DNA of 61,889 nt, from contig JAZKJC010000009.1 of NCBI GenBank assembly GCA_040384565.1, forward strand, positions 1-61,889, read 5' to 3'. The position numbers and the translations under genes were made by a program. Positions 52,788-61,889 of this stretch are shown one piece after another. The first letter of the stretch is position 1. Every line of letters starts with the position of its first letter. This DNA comes from Patescibacteria group bacterium. Its GTDB lineage: Bacteria; Patescibacteriota; Saccharimonadia; Saccharimonadales; JAZKJC01. A model generated the notes under the pieces. It saw only the letters and a program-made list of their open reading frames with translations. It was not told the origin of the DNA and searched no databases.

Positions 52788-54209
52788 ATGAGTCAGTGGG
52801 AGTCTGTTGCTGAAATTGCTAACGATGTTCAGTCCGGCAAGTCTACTGCGGTTAATTTGGTCAAGAAAGCTCACAAAAACATCGAAAACAAGAAAGACTA
52901 TGACGCGATAATTTCCGTGATTCATGATCGTGCTATTGAACGGGCAAAAGCTATAGACGCACTTGTAGCCAAAGGCAAAAAAGTAGGCAAGCTAGCTGGC
53001 GTGCCATTTATTGCCAAAGATAACTTTCTGACATTTGGTAGTGAAACAACTGCTGCAAGTAATATTCTAAAAGGCTTTGAGGCCCCATACCAGGCAACAG
53101 CCATTGAGCGGCTAGAAGCCGAAGGGGCAATTTGTGTGGCCAAAGCCAATATGGATGCCTTTGGGCACGGTGCTTCAACTGAGAATAGTGACGTAATGGT
53201 TACAAAGAATCCTCATGACAAAGCCAGAGTGCCGGGTGGATCATCTGGTGGCCCCGCGACGGCAGTAGTTCTTGACATGGCACCATTTGCTCTCGGCACC
53301 GATACTGGCGGTTCAAATCGCCAGCCTGCCAGCTATTCCGGGTGCATTGGCTATCGCCCAACCTATGGTCTAATCTCACGATCTGGTGTTGTGGCCATGG
53401 CTAGCAGCACGGACACCATAGGAGCTCTGACAAGATCGGTTGAAGATCTGGCATATGTGCTTGATATTCTGGCTGGCCGTGATGAACTTGATGGTACCAC
53501 CATTGAAAGGGATGAAGTAAGTTACAGTGATTTAGGCACTTCGCTCAAAGGTAAGAAGATAGGTCTTATTAAAGAATATATGGGAGAAGGAGTCGACGAA
53601 TCCGTTAAAAAGTTGGTTCAAAAATCACTCGATGAGCTAAAGTCTAGTGGTTTAGAAGTGACAGAAATTAGCCTCCCATCATTGCCTTTAGCTCTAGCCG
53701 CCTATTACATAATTGTCCCTGCGGAAATAAGTAGCAATCTTAGCCGTTATGACGGCCAACGCTATGGCTTTTCTAATTCTAAAGCTAAAACACTCGATGA
53801 AAGCTTTAATTGGTCAAGGAGTGAAGGTTTTGGTAATGAGGCGAAGCGCCGTATTATGATTGGAACATATGTTTTGAGCAGCGGCTATTACGATGCTTAT
53901 TACAAAAAGGCCCAGCAGTTGCGAACAAAGCTAATCAATGAGTTCAATGAGGCATTTCAAAAATTTGATTTCCTTGCCGGTCCCGTAGCGCCGACAACGG
54001 CATTTAAGATTGGTGAAAACGTCAGTAATCCGTTACAAATGTACCTTGTGGACATCATGACGGTAGCGGCCGCGCTGGTTGGCATTCCAGCAATCAGCGT
54101 GCCTGTTGGAATGAGTGGAAATCTGCCGGTGGGTCTTCAGCTTATGGCGCCCCAGCGACAGGATCGTTTGTTACTAACATTAGCCAGTAAAGTAAAGGAG
54201 CTGAATTAA
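52788..54209 (+). CDS. gatA: Asp/Glu-tRNA amidotransferase subunit A
   Basis: Amidase signature GGSSGGPA...GTDTGGS. Confidence 0.9.
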   Translation: MSQWESVAEIANDVQSGKSTAVNLVKKAHKNIENKKDYDAIISVIHDRAIERAKAIDALVAKGKKVGKLAGVPFIAKDNFLTFGSETTAASNILKGFEAPYQATAIERLEAEGAICVAKANMDAFGHGASTENSDVMVTKNPHDKARVPGGSSGGPATAVVLDMAPFALGTDTGGSNRQPASYSGCIGYRPTYGLISRSGVVAMASSTDTIGALTRSVEDLAYVLDILAGRDELDGTTIERDEVSYSDLGTSLKGKKIGLIKEYMGEGVDESVKKLVQKSLDELKSSGLEVTEISLPSLPLALAAYYIIVPAEISSNLSRYDGQRYGFSNSKAKTLDESFNWSRSEGFGNEAKRRIMIGTYVLSSGYYDAYYKKAQQLRTKLINEFNEAFQKFDFLAGPVAPTTAFKIGENVSNPLQMYLVDIMTVAAALVGIPAISVPVGMSGNLPVGLQLMAPQRQDRLLLTLASKVKELN

Positions 54210-54649
54210 TGAGTATAAGTACAATTATTTTGGCTTTCGTAGCAGTCCTGACAGTTTTAATCGGCGGGACTATATTCGCGATTAAAAGGCCTAGGCGCTT
54301 AAAAGTAGAACAATTTATAGCCAGCTGGAAAGAGCTTCAAAGCTATTGCAGAGACAAAGCCACTTGGTCCAAAGCAGTTATTGATGCCGACAAGCTTTTG
54401 AACGATGCACTTAAAAAGCGCAAATTTAAAGGCAAGACCATGGGGGAGCGCATGGTCTCGGCTCAGCGAGTTTTTACAAACAATGATGATATGTGGTTTG
54501 CTCATAACCTGGCTAAAAAAATGAAATCTTCAGCCGATGCGAAACTAAGTGAGACTGATGTAAAATCAGCGCTTCAAGGCTTTCGTCAAGCCCTGCGCGA
54601 CATAGGGGCTTTGCCAAAAGCTAATGATGAGGTGTCTGATGCAAAATAA
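54209..54649 (+). CDS. membrane-anchored hypothetical protein
   Basis: 146 aa with one N-terminal TM segment. The start overlaps the gatA stop (TAATG). Confidence 0.55.
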   Translation: MSISTIILAFVAVLTVLIGGTIFAIKRPRRLKVEQFIASWKELQSYCRDKATWSKAVIDADKLLNDALKKRKFKGKTMGERMVSAQRVFTNNDDMWFAHNLAKKMKSSADAKLSETDVKSALQGFRQALRDIGALPKANDEVSDAK

Positions 54650-54654
54650 TTTAT

Positions 54655-56115
54655 ATGGGGTATAGGGTGATATCCTCAGACATTCGTGAAAAGTATAGAG
54701 CAACCATTGGGATTGAGTGTCATGTGCAGTTAAAAACAAAAACCAAGCTTTTTGCAGCAGTCAGTAATGACGCCCGGAATGCCTCACCAAACTCACTAAT
54801 CAGCCACATTTGTTTAGGAATGCCAGGAGCCTTGCCGGTGCTGAATGAAAAGGCTGTGGAATATGCCATGCAAGTAGCCTTTGCCTTAAATACCAAGCCT
54901 CAAAAGTACAGTTATTTTGAGCGCAAACATTACTTTTACCCTGACCTGCCTAAAGGTTATCAAATAACGCAATTAAACCAGCCAATAATAGTTGGTGGCC
55001 ATGTCGTAATTCAGATACAAGATAAGCCTGTAAAAGTGCGAATTAACCGTGTGCAGATAGAAGAAGATGCTGGTAAAAGCACTCACCCCTTAGGTAAGGA
55101 CTATAGTTTAGTTGATTTGAACCGAGCCGGGACTCCATTGCTTGAAATAGTGTCAGAAGCAGATATACACTCACCAGAAGAAGCCAAGACCTATGCCCGC
55201 GAGCTTTGGCTACTAATGCGCTATAGTGGCGTGTCTGATGCTGATTTGTATCAAGGCAATATGCGCTTCGATGTAAATGCCAGCGTCAGTAAGACTGACG
55301 AGCTAGGTACCCGTAGTGAGACAAAAAACCTCAACTCTTTCCGAAGTGTCGAAAAAGCTGCCGAATATGAGATTAGCCGTCAGATAGAATTACTGGAAAA
55401 GGGTCAACAGATCGTTCAAGAAACCCGCGGCTGGGACGAGGCAAAACAAAAAACGTTTAGCCAAAGGAGCAAAGAAGACGCGCACGATTATCGCTATTTT
55501 CCTGATCCTGATATCCCGCCTATTGTGTTAAGCGAGACTGCTCTTAGCGCTGTCAAGTCATTTATGCCCAAGCTACCAAATGATGTACGTAAGGCTTTAA
55601 GCGAGTTGAAGTTAGGAAACGCAGCAATTGAAACTATTGTGGAACAATTACCGGCGGAGCGTCTGATTATGGAACTGATTGATAATGGAGAGGATGCCTC
55701 GCTCATTAAAAAAATTGCGAACTGGCTTGTTACTGATATTCAGACAATAATACTTGATGAAAGTTCCTGGGAATCACTGAAGTTGAATCCTGACAACCTC
55801 TTAGCACTAGCCGCTATGACCGCGGAAAATAAAGTTAGCTCTACTGGTGCAAAAACAATTTTGTTTGAAATGATAAAAACTGGTGATGATCCTGCCTCAA
55901 TTGCTAAGTCCAATAACATACTCCAGATGTCTGACACTGATGAAATTACTAAGATTGTCCAGAAAGTGTTAGCTGAAAATGTTGGTGCGGCTCAAGATGT
56001 TAAAGACGGCGAAATGAAAGCAATCGGCTTTCTGGTAGGCCAGGTAATGAAAGAGAGCAAAGGCAAAGCCAACCCAGGTCTGGCTCAAGAACTAATTCGC
56101 AAAGAGCTTCAGTAA
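54655..56115 (+). CDS. gatB: Asp/Glu-tRNA amidotransferase subunit B
   Basis: IGIECHVQL, YFYPDLPKGYQITQ and C-terminal GatB_Yqey-like motifs. Confidence 0.9.
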   Translation: MGYRVISSDIREKYRATIGIECHVQLKTKTKLFAAVSNDARNASPNSLISHICLGMPGALPVLNEKAVEYAMQVAFALNTKPQKYSYFERKHYFYPDLPKGYQITQLNQPIIVGGHVVIQIQDKPVKVRINRVQIEEDAGKSTHPLGKDYSLVDLNRAGTPLLEIVSEADIHSPEEAKTYARELWLLMRYSGVSDADLYQGNMRFDVNASVSKTDELGTRSETKNLNSFRSVEKAAEYEISRQIELLEKGQQIVQETRGWDEAKQKTFSQRSKEDAHDYRYFPDPDIPPIVLSETALSAVKSFMPKLPNDVRKALSELKLGNAAIETIVEQLPAERLIMELIDNGEDASLIKKIANWLVTDIQTIILDESSWESLKLNPDNLLALAAMTAENKVSSTGAKTILFEMIKTGDDPASIAKSNNILQMSDTDEITKIVQKVLAENVGAAQDVKDGEMKAIGFLVGQVMKESKGKANPGLAQELIRKELQ

Positions 56116-56160
56116 TTTATTGTAAAATCATAAGTAAATTACACGTGCTACAATTTACCC

Positions 56161-57057
56161 ATGACTAAACAACTGAAAGTTAGAAAAGCCGTCATTGCTG
56201 CTGCTGGGTTTGGGACGAGATTTTTGCCTCAAACCAAAGCCTTGCCTAAAGAAATGCTACCACTGGTCGATAAGCCAATAATTCAGTATATTGTTGAAGA
56301 GCTGGTTGAGGCTGGGATTGAAGATATAATCATCGTTACTGGCTATCACAAACGTTCAATCGAAGACCATTTTGACCAAATGAGTGGTGACCTTCGTGCT
56401 AATTTAGAGCAGGGTAATAAGATAGAACTTCTTGAAACCACCAAAAGAATATCGGACTTAGCCAATTTTACGTATATACGCCAAAAAGGACCTTACGGCA
56501 GCGCTACACCAATATTAAACGCTGCTCCATGGATTGGTGACGAACCATTTATCTATACCTTTGCTGATGACCTTATAGTTGCTCAGCCAAACCGGTTTAC
56601 GCAAACCATAGACTTGTACAACGAATTTCCGGGTACAATTCTGCCTTGCATAGAAGTTACAAAAGACGAGGATTATGTCCGATATGGCATATTGGGTGGA
56701 GAATTTGTACGACATGATGTCCTTAAAATGAGTAATTTGGTTGAGAAACCGGGTAAAGATAAGGCTGCGTCAAATTTTGCAAGTATAGGCGGTTATTTAC
56801 TAACCCCTGATATTTTTAAATATGTTGAAACTGGGTTGAGTAAACTTGGTAAAGACGACGAATTTTATCTGACAACATATGCGCTTCAGCCTATGATGGC
56901 TGCTGGGCTGCCGCTTTATGGGTTTCAGGTAGCAAATGGGCGATATTACGACACGGGAAATAAACTAGAATATCTTAAGACTGTTGTAGACTTTGCACTC
57001 AAACATGATGATGTTAAAACTGAGTTTCGTGACTACTTGCGCACAGTGGTACAATAA
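56161..57057 (+). CDS. galU: UTP--glucose-1-phosphate uridylyltransferase
   Basis: KAVIAAAGFGTRFLPQTKALPKEMLPLVDKPIIQY. Confidence 0.85.
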   Translation: MTKQLKVRKAVIAAAGFGTRFLPQTKALPKEMLPLVDKPIIQYIVEELVEAGIEDIIIVTGYHKRSIEDHFDQMSGDLRANLEQGNKIELLETTKRISDLANFTYIRQKGPYGSATPILNAAPWIGDEPFIYTFADDLIVAQPNRFTQTIDLYNEFPGTILPCIEVTKDEDYVRYGILGGEFVRHDVLKMSNLVEKPGKDKAASNFASIGGYLLTPDIFKYVETGLSKLGKDDEFYLTTYALQPMMAAGLPLYGFQVANGRYYDTGNKLEYLKTVVDFALKHDDVKTEFRDYLRTVVQ

Positions 57058-57063
57058 GACTAC

Positions 57064-57333
57064 ATGGAGAATCCCGAGCAAACTCTGATTATTATTCTGG
57101 CTGTCACTTTAAGCGTATTTCTTTTGGTCGCGATCATTGCGCTCATAAAAATTATCCAAGTAATCACGCATCTGCAGAATATTATCGAAAAGGCTGAAAA
57201 GCTAGCCGATAAGGCCGAGTCAGTTGGTGAATTTTTTAAACAAAGCGCTGGTCCAATCGCGCTTGCCAAGCTTTTTGCTAGCGTGGGCCAAGCAATGTTT
57301 GATCGTCGTAAGCATAGGAAAGGAAAAGCATAA
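57064..57333 (+). CDS. small membrane protein
   Basis: 89 aa with one TM segment followed by an amphipathic helix. Confidence 0.5.
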   Translation: MENPEQTLIIILAVTLSVFLLVAIIALIKIIQVITHLQNIIEKAEKLADKAESVGEFFKQSAGPIALAKLFASVGQAMFDRRKHRKGKA

Positions 57334-57755
57334 TGATGCGTAAGCGCAATGCGGCAATAGGAACAATTTTAGTAGCCGGGGCTGGATATGTAGCTGGACT
57401 TTTAACCGCACCAAAAAGTGGCAGGCAAACCAGAAAAGATTTACGCCGAGCAGCTCTGAAAGCAAAAACTGAAGCCGAGCGTAAACTAAAAAAGGCCCAT
57501 AGTGAACTCAATCATGTAATAGACGAAGCTGGAACTTTTGCAAAATCTGCAAAAGGTAAAGCGTCAGATGAGTTGGACAAAGCAAGGCAACAGGCAGAAC
57601 AGATACGTCAAAAAAGCCGTGAACTTCTTTCGGCAGTTCATGAAGGAGAAGCTGAAGATAAAGACTTGCAGAAATCTATTGATGACGTAAAAAAAGCCAC
57701 AGAGCATTTGAAGAAATATCTTGGAAAAAAGATCTCCACAGCAGCAAAAAAGTAA
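57333..57755 (+). CDS. YtxH domain protein
   Basis: GLLTAPKSGRQTRKDLRR followed by a Lys/Glu-rich helix. Confidence 0.65.
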   Translation: MMRKRNAAIGTILVAGAGYVAGLLTAPKSGRQTRKDLRRAALKAKTEAERKLKKAHSELNHVIDEAGTFAKSAKGKASDELDKARQQAEQIRQKSRELLSAVHEGEAEDKDLQKSIDDVKKATEHLKKYLGKKISTAAKK

Positions 57756-57783
57756 ACACCCATCACCCGAAGAACTCGGAAAT

Positions 57784-57996
57784 ATGCTGGCGAATATCTA
57801 TGAAAGCGGTTACTTAGACCGCAGCAAAGCCTATAAAATGAGCTTCTTCAAAGGGGTGATGGGTGGTTTGGGCGGGGTTATTGGCGCAACTATAGTTTTA
57901 GGCCTGCTGCTCTGGATACTGACCTTATTTGAGAACGTACCTTTGGTGGGGCGCTTTACTGAGAGTGTTCGTGATACTGTTGACAGCAGACAATGA
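57784..57996 (+). CDS. small membrane protein (DUF5665-like)
   Basis: YKMSFFKGVMGGLGGVIGATIVLGLLLWIL. The start is uncertain (TTG 57721 or ATG 57784). Confidence 0.45.
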   Translation: MLANIYESGYLDRSKAYKMSFFKGVMGGLGGVIGATIVLGLLLWILTLFENVPLVGRFTESVRDTVDSRQ

Positions 57997-58073
57997 TAAT
58001 TGTTGTTGTAATTAAACCAGCTATCAGCTTGCTAATAAATACTCTAAAATAATATTAACTATGAGGAAAAACT

Positions 58074-61000
58074 ATGGCACAAGCTAGCTTGCTAACAGCA
58101 TCTGATTATGTTCATCTGCATAATCATACACAGTACAGTCTTTTGGACGGTTTGACGCGAGTTGATCAATTAATGGGCTATGTCATAGAACAAGGCATGA
58201 CTGCAGTTGCTATGACAGATCATGGCACCTTATCGGGTGCAATCGATTTTTATAAAGAAGCAACCAATCATGAAGTACGACCAATAATTGGTATCGAAAC
58301 CTATGTAGCAGCTCGCGGTCACAAAGACAAAGATGTCGCTAAAGATAAAGCGCGGTTTCACCTTATATTGCTTGCAATGAACAAGCAGGGTTATGAAAAT
58401 TTAATGCAGCTTTCCACCACAGCGAATCTCGACGGCTTTTACTATTATCCAAGAGTAGATCATGATTTACTAGAGAAATACAACGAGGGCCTAATTGTAC
58501 TAAGCGCGTGCATGGGTGGTGAAATTGGTGACGCGCTAAAACAAAATAATTACGAACGAGCAAAAGAAATAGCCAATTGGTATAAAAATGTTTTTGGAGA
58601 TCGGTATTATTTGGAAATTCAGGATCACGGCCATCCAAAAAACCCACTCCATAATATAGAGCAAGAACAAATCAACAAGCAAGTTTTGAAACTCGGTCAT
58701 GACCTCAAAATTCCCGCGGTTGTAACTTGTGACGCACATTATCTGCGCCATGAAGATCAAGATGCCCATGAAATATTACTATGTGTTGGTACTGGATCGT
58801 TTCTGGATGATGAAAAACGAATGTCGCTTAAGGATTTTCCGCTTCACGTTACTAGCCCGACAGAAATTATTGAGCGTTGGGGGAAAACTAATCCAGAATT
58901 GATTACTAATACGAAAGTCATTGCGGACAGATGCAAACTGGAAATTGACTTAGGCAATATTCTAATTCCTAAATTTGAAACGCCAAAAGGCAGTACTGAA
59001 AAATCTCATCTTGATGAACTTACATATGCTGGTTTAGTTAGGCGTTACATTGATAATAAGGAAATTCCAAGCACGCTCGTCCAGCAAAAAAAGCTGTTAC
59101 CCAAACATATTATTGAACGGGCGGAGTATGAGCTTGGGGTTATAGACCGGATGGGATTTAATGGATACTTTTTAATTGTTCAAGATTTTATTAATTGGGG
59201 AAAAAATCAAGGAATTGTGTTTGGGCCGGGCAGGGGGAGTGGAGCAGGGTCCATAGTTGCCTTTGCGTTAAAGATTACGGAACTTGACCCCTTAACTTAT
59301 GATTTGCTGTTTGAGCGATTTTTAAATCCAGATCGCATAAGTATGCCGGATTTTGATATAGATATTCAAGATAGCCGTCGGGACGAAGTTATTCAGTATT
59401 GTGTAGAAAAATATGGGAGTGATAGGGTTGCAAATATAGTTACGTTTGGCCGAATGCAAGCACGAAACGCCGTAAGGGACGTAGCGCGGGTAATGCAAGT
59501 GCCGTACGCAGAGGCAGACAGACTTGCCAAGATGATTCCACAACCGGTTCAAGGTAGGCATATCCCACTTGAAAAATCGATGCGTGAGAATGCTGAACTC
59601 AAGGCCGAATATGACACTAATCCCACCGCTAAGAAAGTTCTAGACCAGGCGGTTAGACTGGAGGGTACGATACGCAGCCATGGTGTGCACGCTGCGGGTG
59701 TAGTCATCGCACCTGACAAATTGGTCAAATATGCCCCGCTGGAAATGGCGCAAAAGGGCGTGGTAGCAACTCAATATTCGATGGGCCCAATCGAAGAGTT
59801 GGGTCTTTTAAAGATGGATTTTCTAGGATTGTCGAACCTAACAACCATCAAAAACACTTTGCGGATTATACATAAGGTGCATAACCAGGATATTGATATT
59901 TCTGCTATTAAAATGGACGATGCTGAGACATTTAAGCTTTTTCAGGACGGTAAGACCACCGGAGTATTCCAGTTTGAGTCCGCCGGAATGAAACGATACC
60001 TCAAACAACTCAAGCCAACAGTTTTTGATGATCTAATTGCCATGAACGCTTTGTATAGGCCAGGTCCTATGCAGTGGATAGATGAATTTATTGCCAGAAA
60101 ACATGGCGATAGGAAAATTGAATTTTTGCATCCAGCAATGGAAGCAGCCCTGTCAACTACCTATGGCGTAATTGTCTATCAAGAGCAGGTCATGCAAATC
60201 AGTAAAGAAATGTGCGGCTTCACTGGTGGTCAAGCAGATAGTCTGCGTAAAGGTATTGGCAAAAAAATACCGGCGGTACTGGCTAAGTTTAAAAGTGAGT
60301 TTATTGAGGGCGCCATCAAAACAGTGGGTGCTGACCGACAACTCATGGAACAGCTTTGGAAAAACCTGGAAGCTTTTGCTTCCTATGCCTTTCCTAAAGC
60401 TCACTCTGCGTGCTATTCCCTCATAGCCTACCAGACGGCTTATCTAAAAGCCCATTACCCTGCGGCGTTTATGGCAGCTCTTATGACCAGCGACTACGAT
60501 AATATTGATCGGTTAGCGATTGAAATCGCGGAATGCAAAAACTTAGGGCTTGAAGTATTGTGCCCAGATGTTAATGAATCGTTTAATGAATTTGCTGTCG
60601 TGCTCGATAAGCCGCAAATACGGTTTGGTCTACGGGCAATTAAAAATGTTGGTAGTAATGCGGTCGATGAAATTTTGCGATCACGCGAAGTAAACGGTCC
60701 ATTTAAATCACTAGAAGAATTCTTTGCTACGGTGAGCTCCAGAGTCGTCAACCGAAAATCATTAGAAAGTTTGATTAAAGCAGGAGCTTTCGACAGCCTA
60801 AACGATAGGGCTGTGCTTCTAGGTAACATAGATGTACTACTAGCCTATGCAAACAAAACACAAAAAGACGCCACCAGCGGCCAGACCGATATTTTTGGTA
60901 ACTCGACTGGCGTGGCGGTCAAGCCAACCTTAGCGCTGAATGATCAAGTACCTAAACTAAATGTTCGTGATCAGCTGATATGGGAGCGTGAGCTACTAGG

Positions 61001-61676
61001 CATATACTTGAGCCAGCATCCATTGCAACAGTTTGAAAGACTGCTTGCTGAACAAACAACTGCGCTTAATAGTTTGACAGCGCAACACGATGGCAAATCT
61101 GCTCAAATTGGAGGTTCAATTATGGATATTCGTGAAATATCAACAAAAAACGGCCAAAAAATGGCATTTGTACGGCTGGCAGATCAGTTCAAGGAAATAG
61201 AACTAGTCTTGTTCCCGAGCATATACCAACAGACTACCGGTATCTGGGAGCGAGACAAAGTAATTATAGCCAAGGGTAAAGTTACAGCAAAAGATAAAGA
61301 GGGTAATCTAGCTGATGAAATCAAAATTCTAGTAGATGATGCCCGGGAAATAACCTATGAACAAGCAATGGCATATCAAACAACAGGGAAAAAGCCCAAA
61401 GTGTTAAAAGTATCTAAAAAGGCCCAATCAAAGATAAAGGTAACCAAAAACGTTAAATCACCCCGAGTATATGTTCGCTTAGCTACTAGCTCTGACCAAA
61501 ATCTTTTGTTGTCTCTTAAGAAAATTATAGATGCTCATCCAGGAGAGACAGAAGTGGTTTTAGTAATCGGCGAAAAGACCAAACAGATTATCCGGCTGCC
61601 TAACCGTATGGCTCATGAAACTGGCCTTACTGAACTTGAAGCTGTTATTGGTTTAGGCCATGTTAAGTATCAATAA
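58074..61676 (+). CDS. dnaE: DNA polymerase III alpha subunit
   Basis: 1200 aa. PHP domain HLHNHTQYSLLDG, polymerase core (GPGRGSGAGS, MPDFDIDI) and a C-terminal OB fold. Confidence 0.9.
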   Translation: MAQASLLTASDYVHLHNHTQYSLLDGLTRVDQLMGYVIEQGMTAVAMTDHGTLSGAIDFYKEATNHEVRPIIGIETYVAARGHKDKDVAKDKARFHLILLAMNKQGYENLMQLSTTANLDGFYYYPRVDHDLLEKYNEGLIVLSACMGGEIGDALKQNNYERAKEIANWYKNVFGDRYYLEIQDHGHPKNPLHNIEQEQINKQVLKLGHDLKIPAVVTCDAHYLRHEDQDAHEILLCVGTGSFLDDEKRMSLKDFPLHVTSPTEIIERWGKTNPELITNTKVIADRCKLEIDLGNILIPKFETPKGSTEKSHLDELTYAGLVRRYIDNKEIPSTLVQQKKLLPKHIIERAEYELGVIDRMGFNGYFLIVQDFINWGKNQGIVFGPGRGSGAGSIVAFALKITELDPLTYDLLFERFLNPDRISMPDFDIDIQDSRRDEVIQYCVEKYGSDRVANIVTFGRMQARNAVRDVARVMQVPYAEADRLAKMIPQPVQGRHIPLEKSMRENAELKAEYDTNPTAKKVLDQAVRLEGTIRSHGVHAAGVVIAPDKLVKYAPLEMAQKGVVATQYSMGPIEELGLLKMDFLGLSNLTTIKNTLRIIHKVHNQDIDISAIKMDDAETFKLFQDGKTTGVFQFESAGMKRYLKQLKPTVFDDLIAMNALYRPGPMQWIDEFIARKHGDRKIEFLHPAMEAALSTTYGVIVYQEQVMQISKEMCGFTGGQADSLRKGIGKKIPAVLAKFKSEFIEGAIKTVGADRQLMEQLWKNLEAFASYAFPKAHSACYSLIAYQTAYLKAHYPAAFMAALMTSDYDNIDRLAIEIAECKNLGLEVLCPDVNESFNEFAVVLDKPQIRFGLRAIKNVGSNAVDEILRSREVNGPFKSLEEFFATVSSRVVNRKSLESLIKAGAFDSLNDRAVLLGNIDVLLAYANKTQKDATSGQTDIFGNSTGVAVKPTLALNDQVPKLNVRDQLIWERELLGIYLSQHPLQQFERLLAEQTTALNSLTAQHDGKSAQIGGSIMDIREISTKNGQKMAFVRLADQFKEIELVLFPSIYQQTTGIWERDKVIIAKGKVTAKDKEGNLADEIKILVDDAREITYEQAMAYQTTGKKPKVLKVSKKAQSKIKVTKNVKSPRVYVRLATSSDQNLLLSLKKIIDAHPGETEVVLVIGEKTKQIIRLPNRMAHETGLTELEAVIGLGHVKYQ

Positions 61677-61889
61677 ATTTGCGCCTTGGAATAGGGAAAT
61701 TAGAAAAGAGAAAAAAATAGTTACATTCAACATGGTTATTCCATTCCATTTATTATTTCTTTTTATCCTATAAACGCTAACTATCACAAAATAACACCTC
61801 TAGAGGACAGTCCTCTCAATAACTCTCAATAACATCGGCTTAAGAACAAATTCGGACTGCTATTAAACAACATATAGACTAAAACGGAC

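Noticed and set aside
61677-61889. The region after dnaE was scanned for a tRNA or other RNA gene.
   Set aside because: There is no T-arm (GGTTCGAAT-like) or acceptor-stem pattern. I saw only AT-rich sequence with weak self-complementarity, which is insufficient for a call.

Overview
Gene-dense, moderately AT-rich bacterial chromosomal segment. It carries core genes (pheS/pheT, gatC/A/B, uvrB, dnaE, trxB, ppa, galU, rmuC). It also has a compact sugar-phosphate block: gap, rpiB, rpe, a split transketolase, class II fba and a PfkB kinase. There are many small membrane-anchored orphan proteins. The split transketolase, a 23S-IVS-type four-helix-bundle gene and the orphan load suggest a reduced-genome Patescibacteria/CPR (Saccharibacteria-like) organism; this is inference only. 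I found no rRNA, tRNA or CRISPR array. One mobile element is present: an IS110-family element (~43905-45140, minus strand). Its transposase has a single in-frame TAG, and its upstream non-coding arm is long and structured. The most unusual sequence-level feature is a population of long (75-190 bp) imperfect-to-perfect hairpins that begin at or within a few nt of stop codons. There is also a separate 50-nt repeat family with at least two near-identical copies. Candidate uncharacterised modules: (1) a GC-rich orphan gene behind a four-segment alternative-pairing leader (6275-7666); (2) an overlapping orphan + SLOG/TIGR00725 gene pair beside the IS (45185-47253); (3) an FtsK/HerA/VirD4-like ATPase with a tightly coupled orphan partner (49427-52166); (4) several unannotated small ORFs, including a 46-aa zinc-finger-like ORF at 13058-13198. 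All functional calls rest on motifs I recognise by eye. No database search was run.
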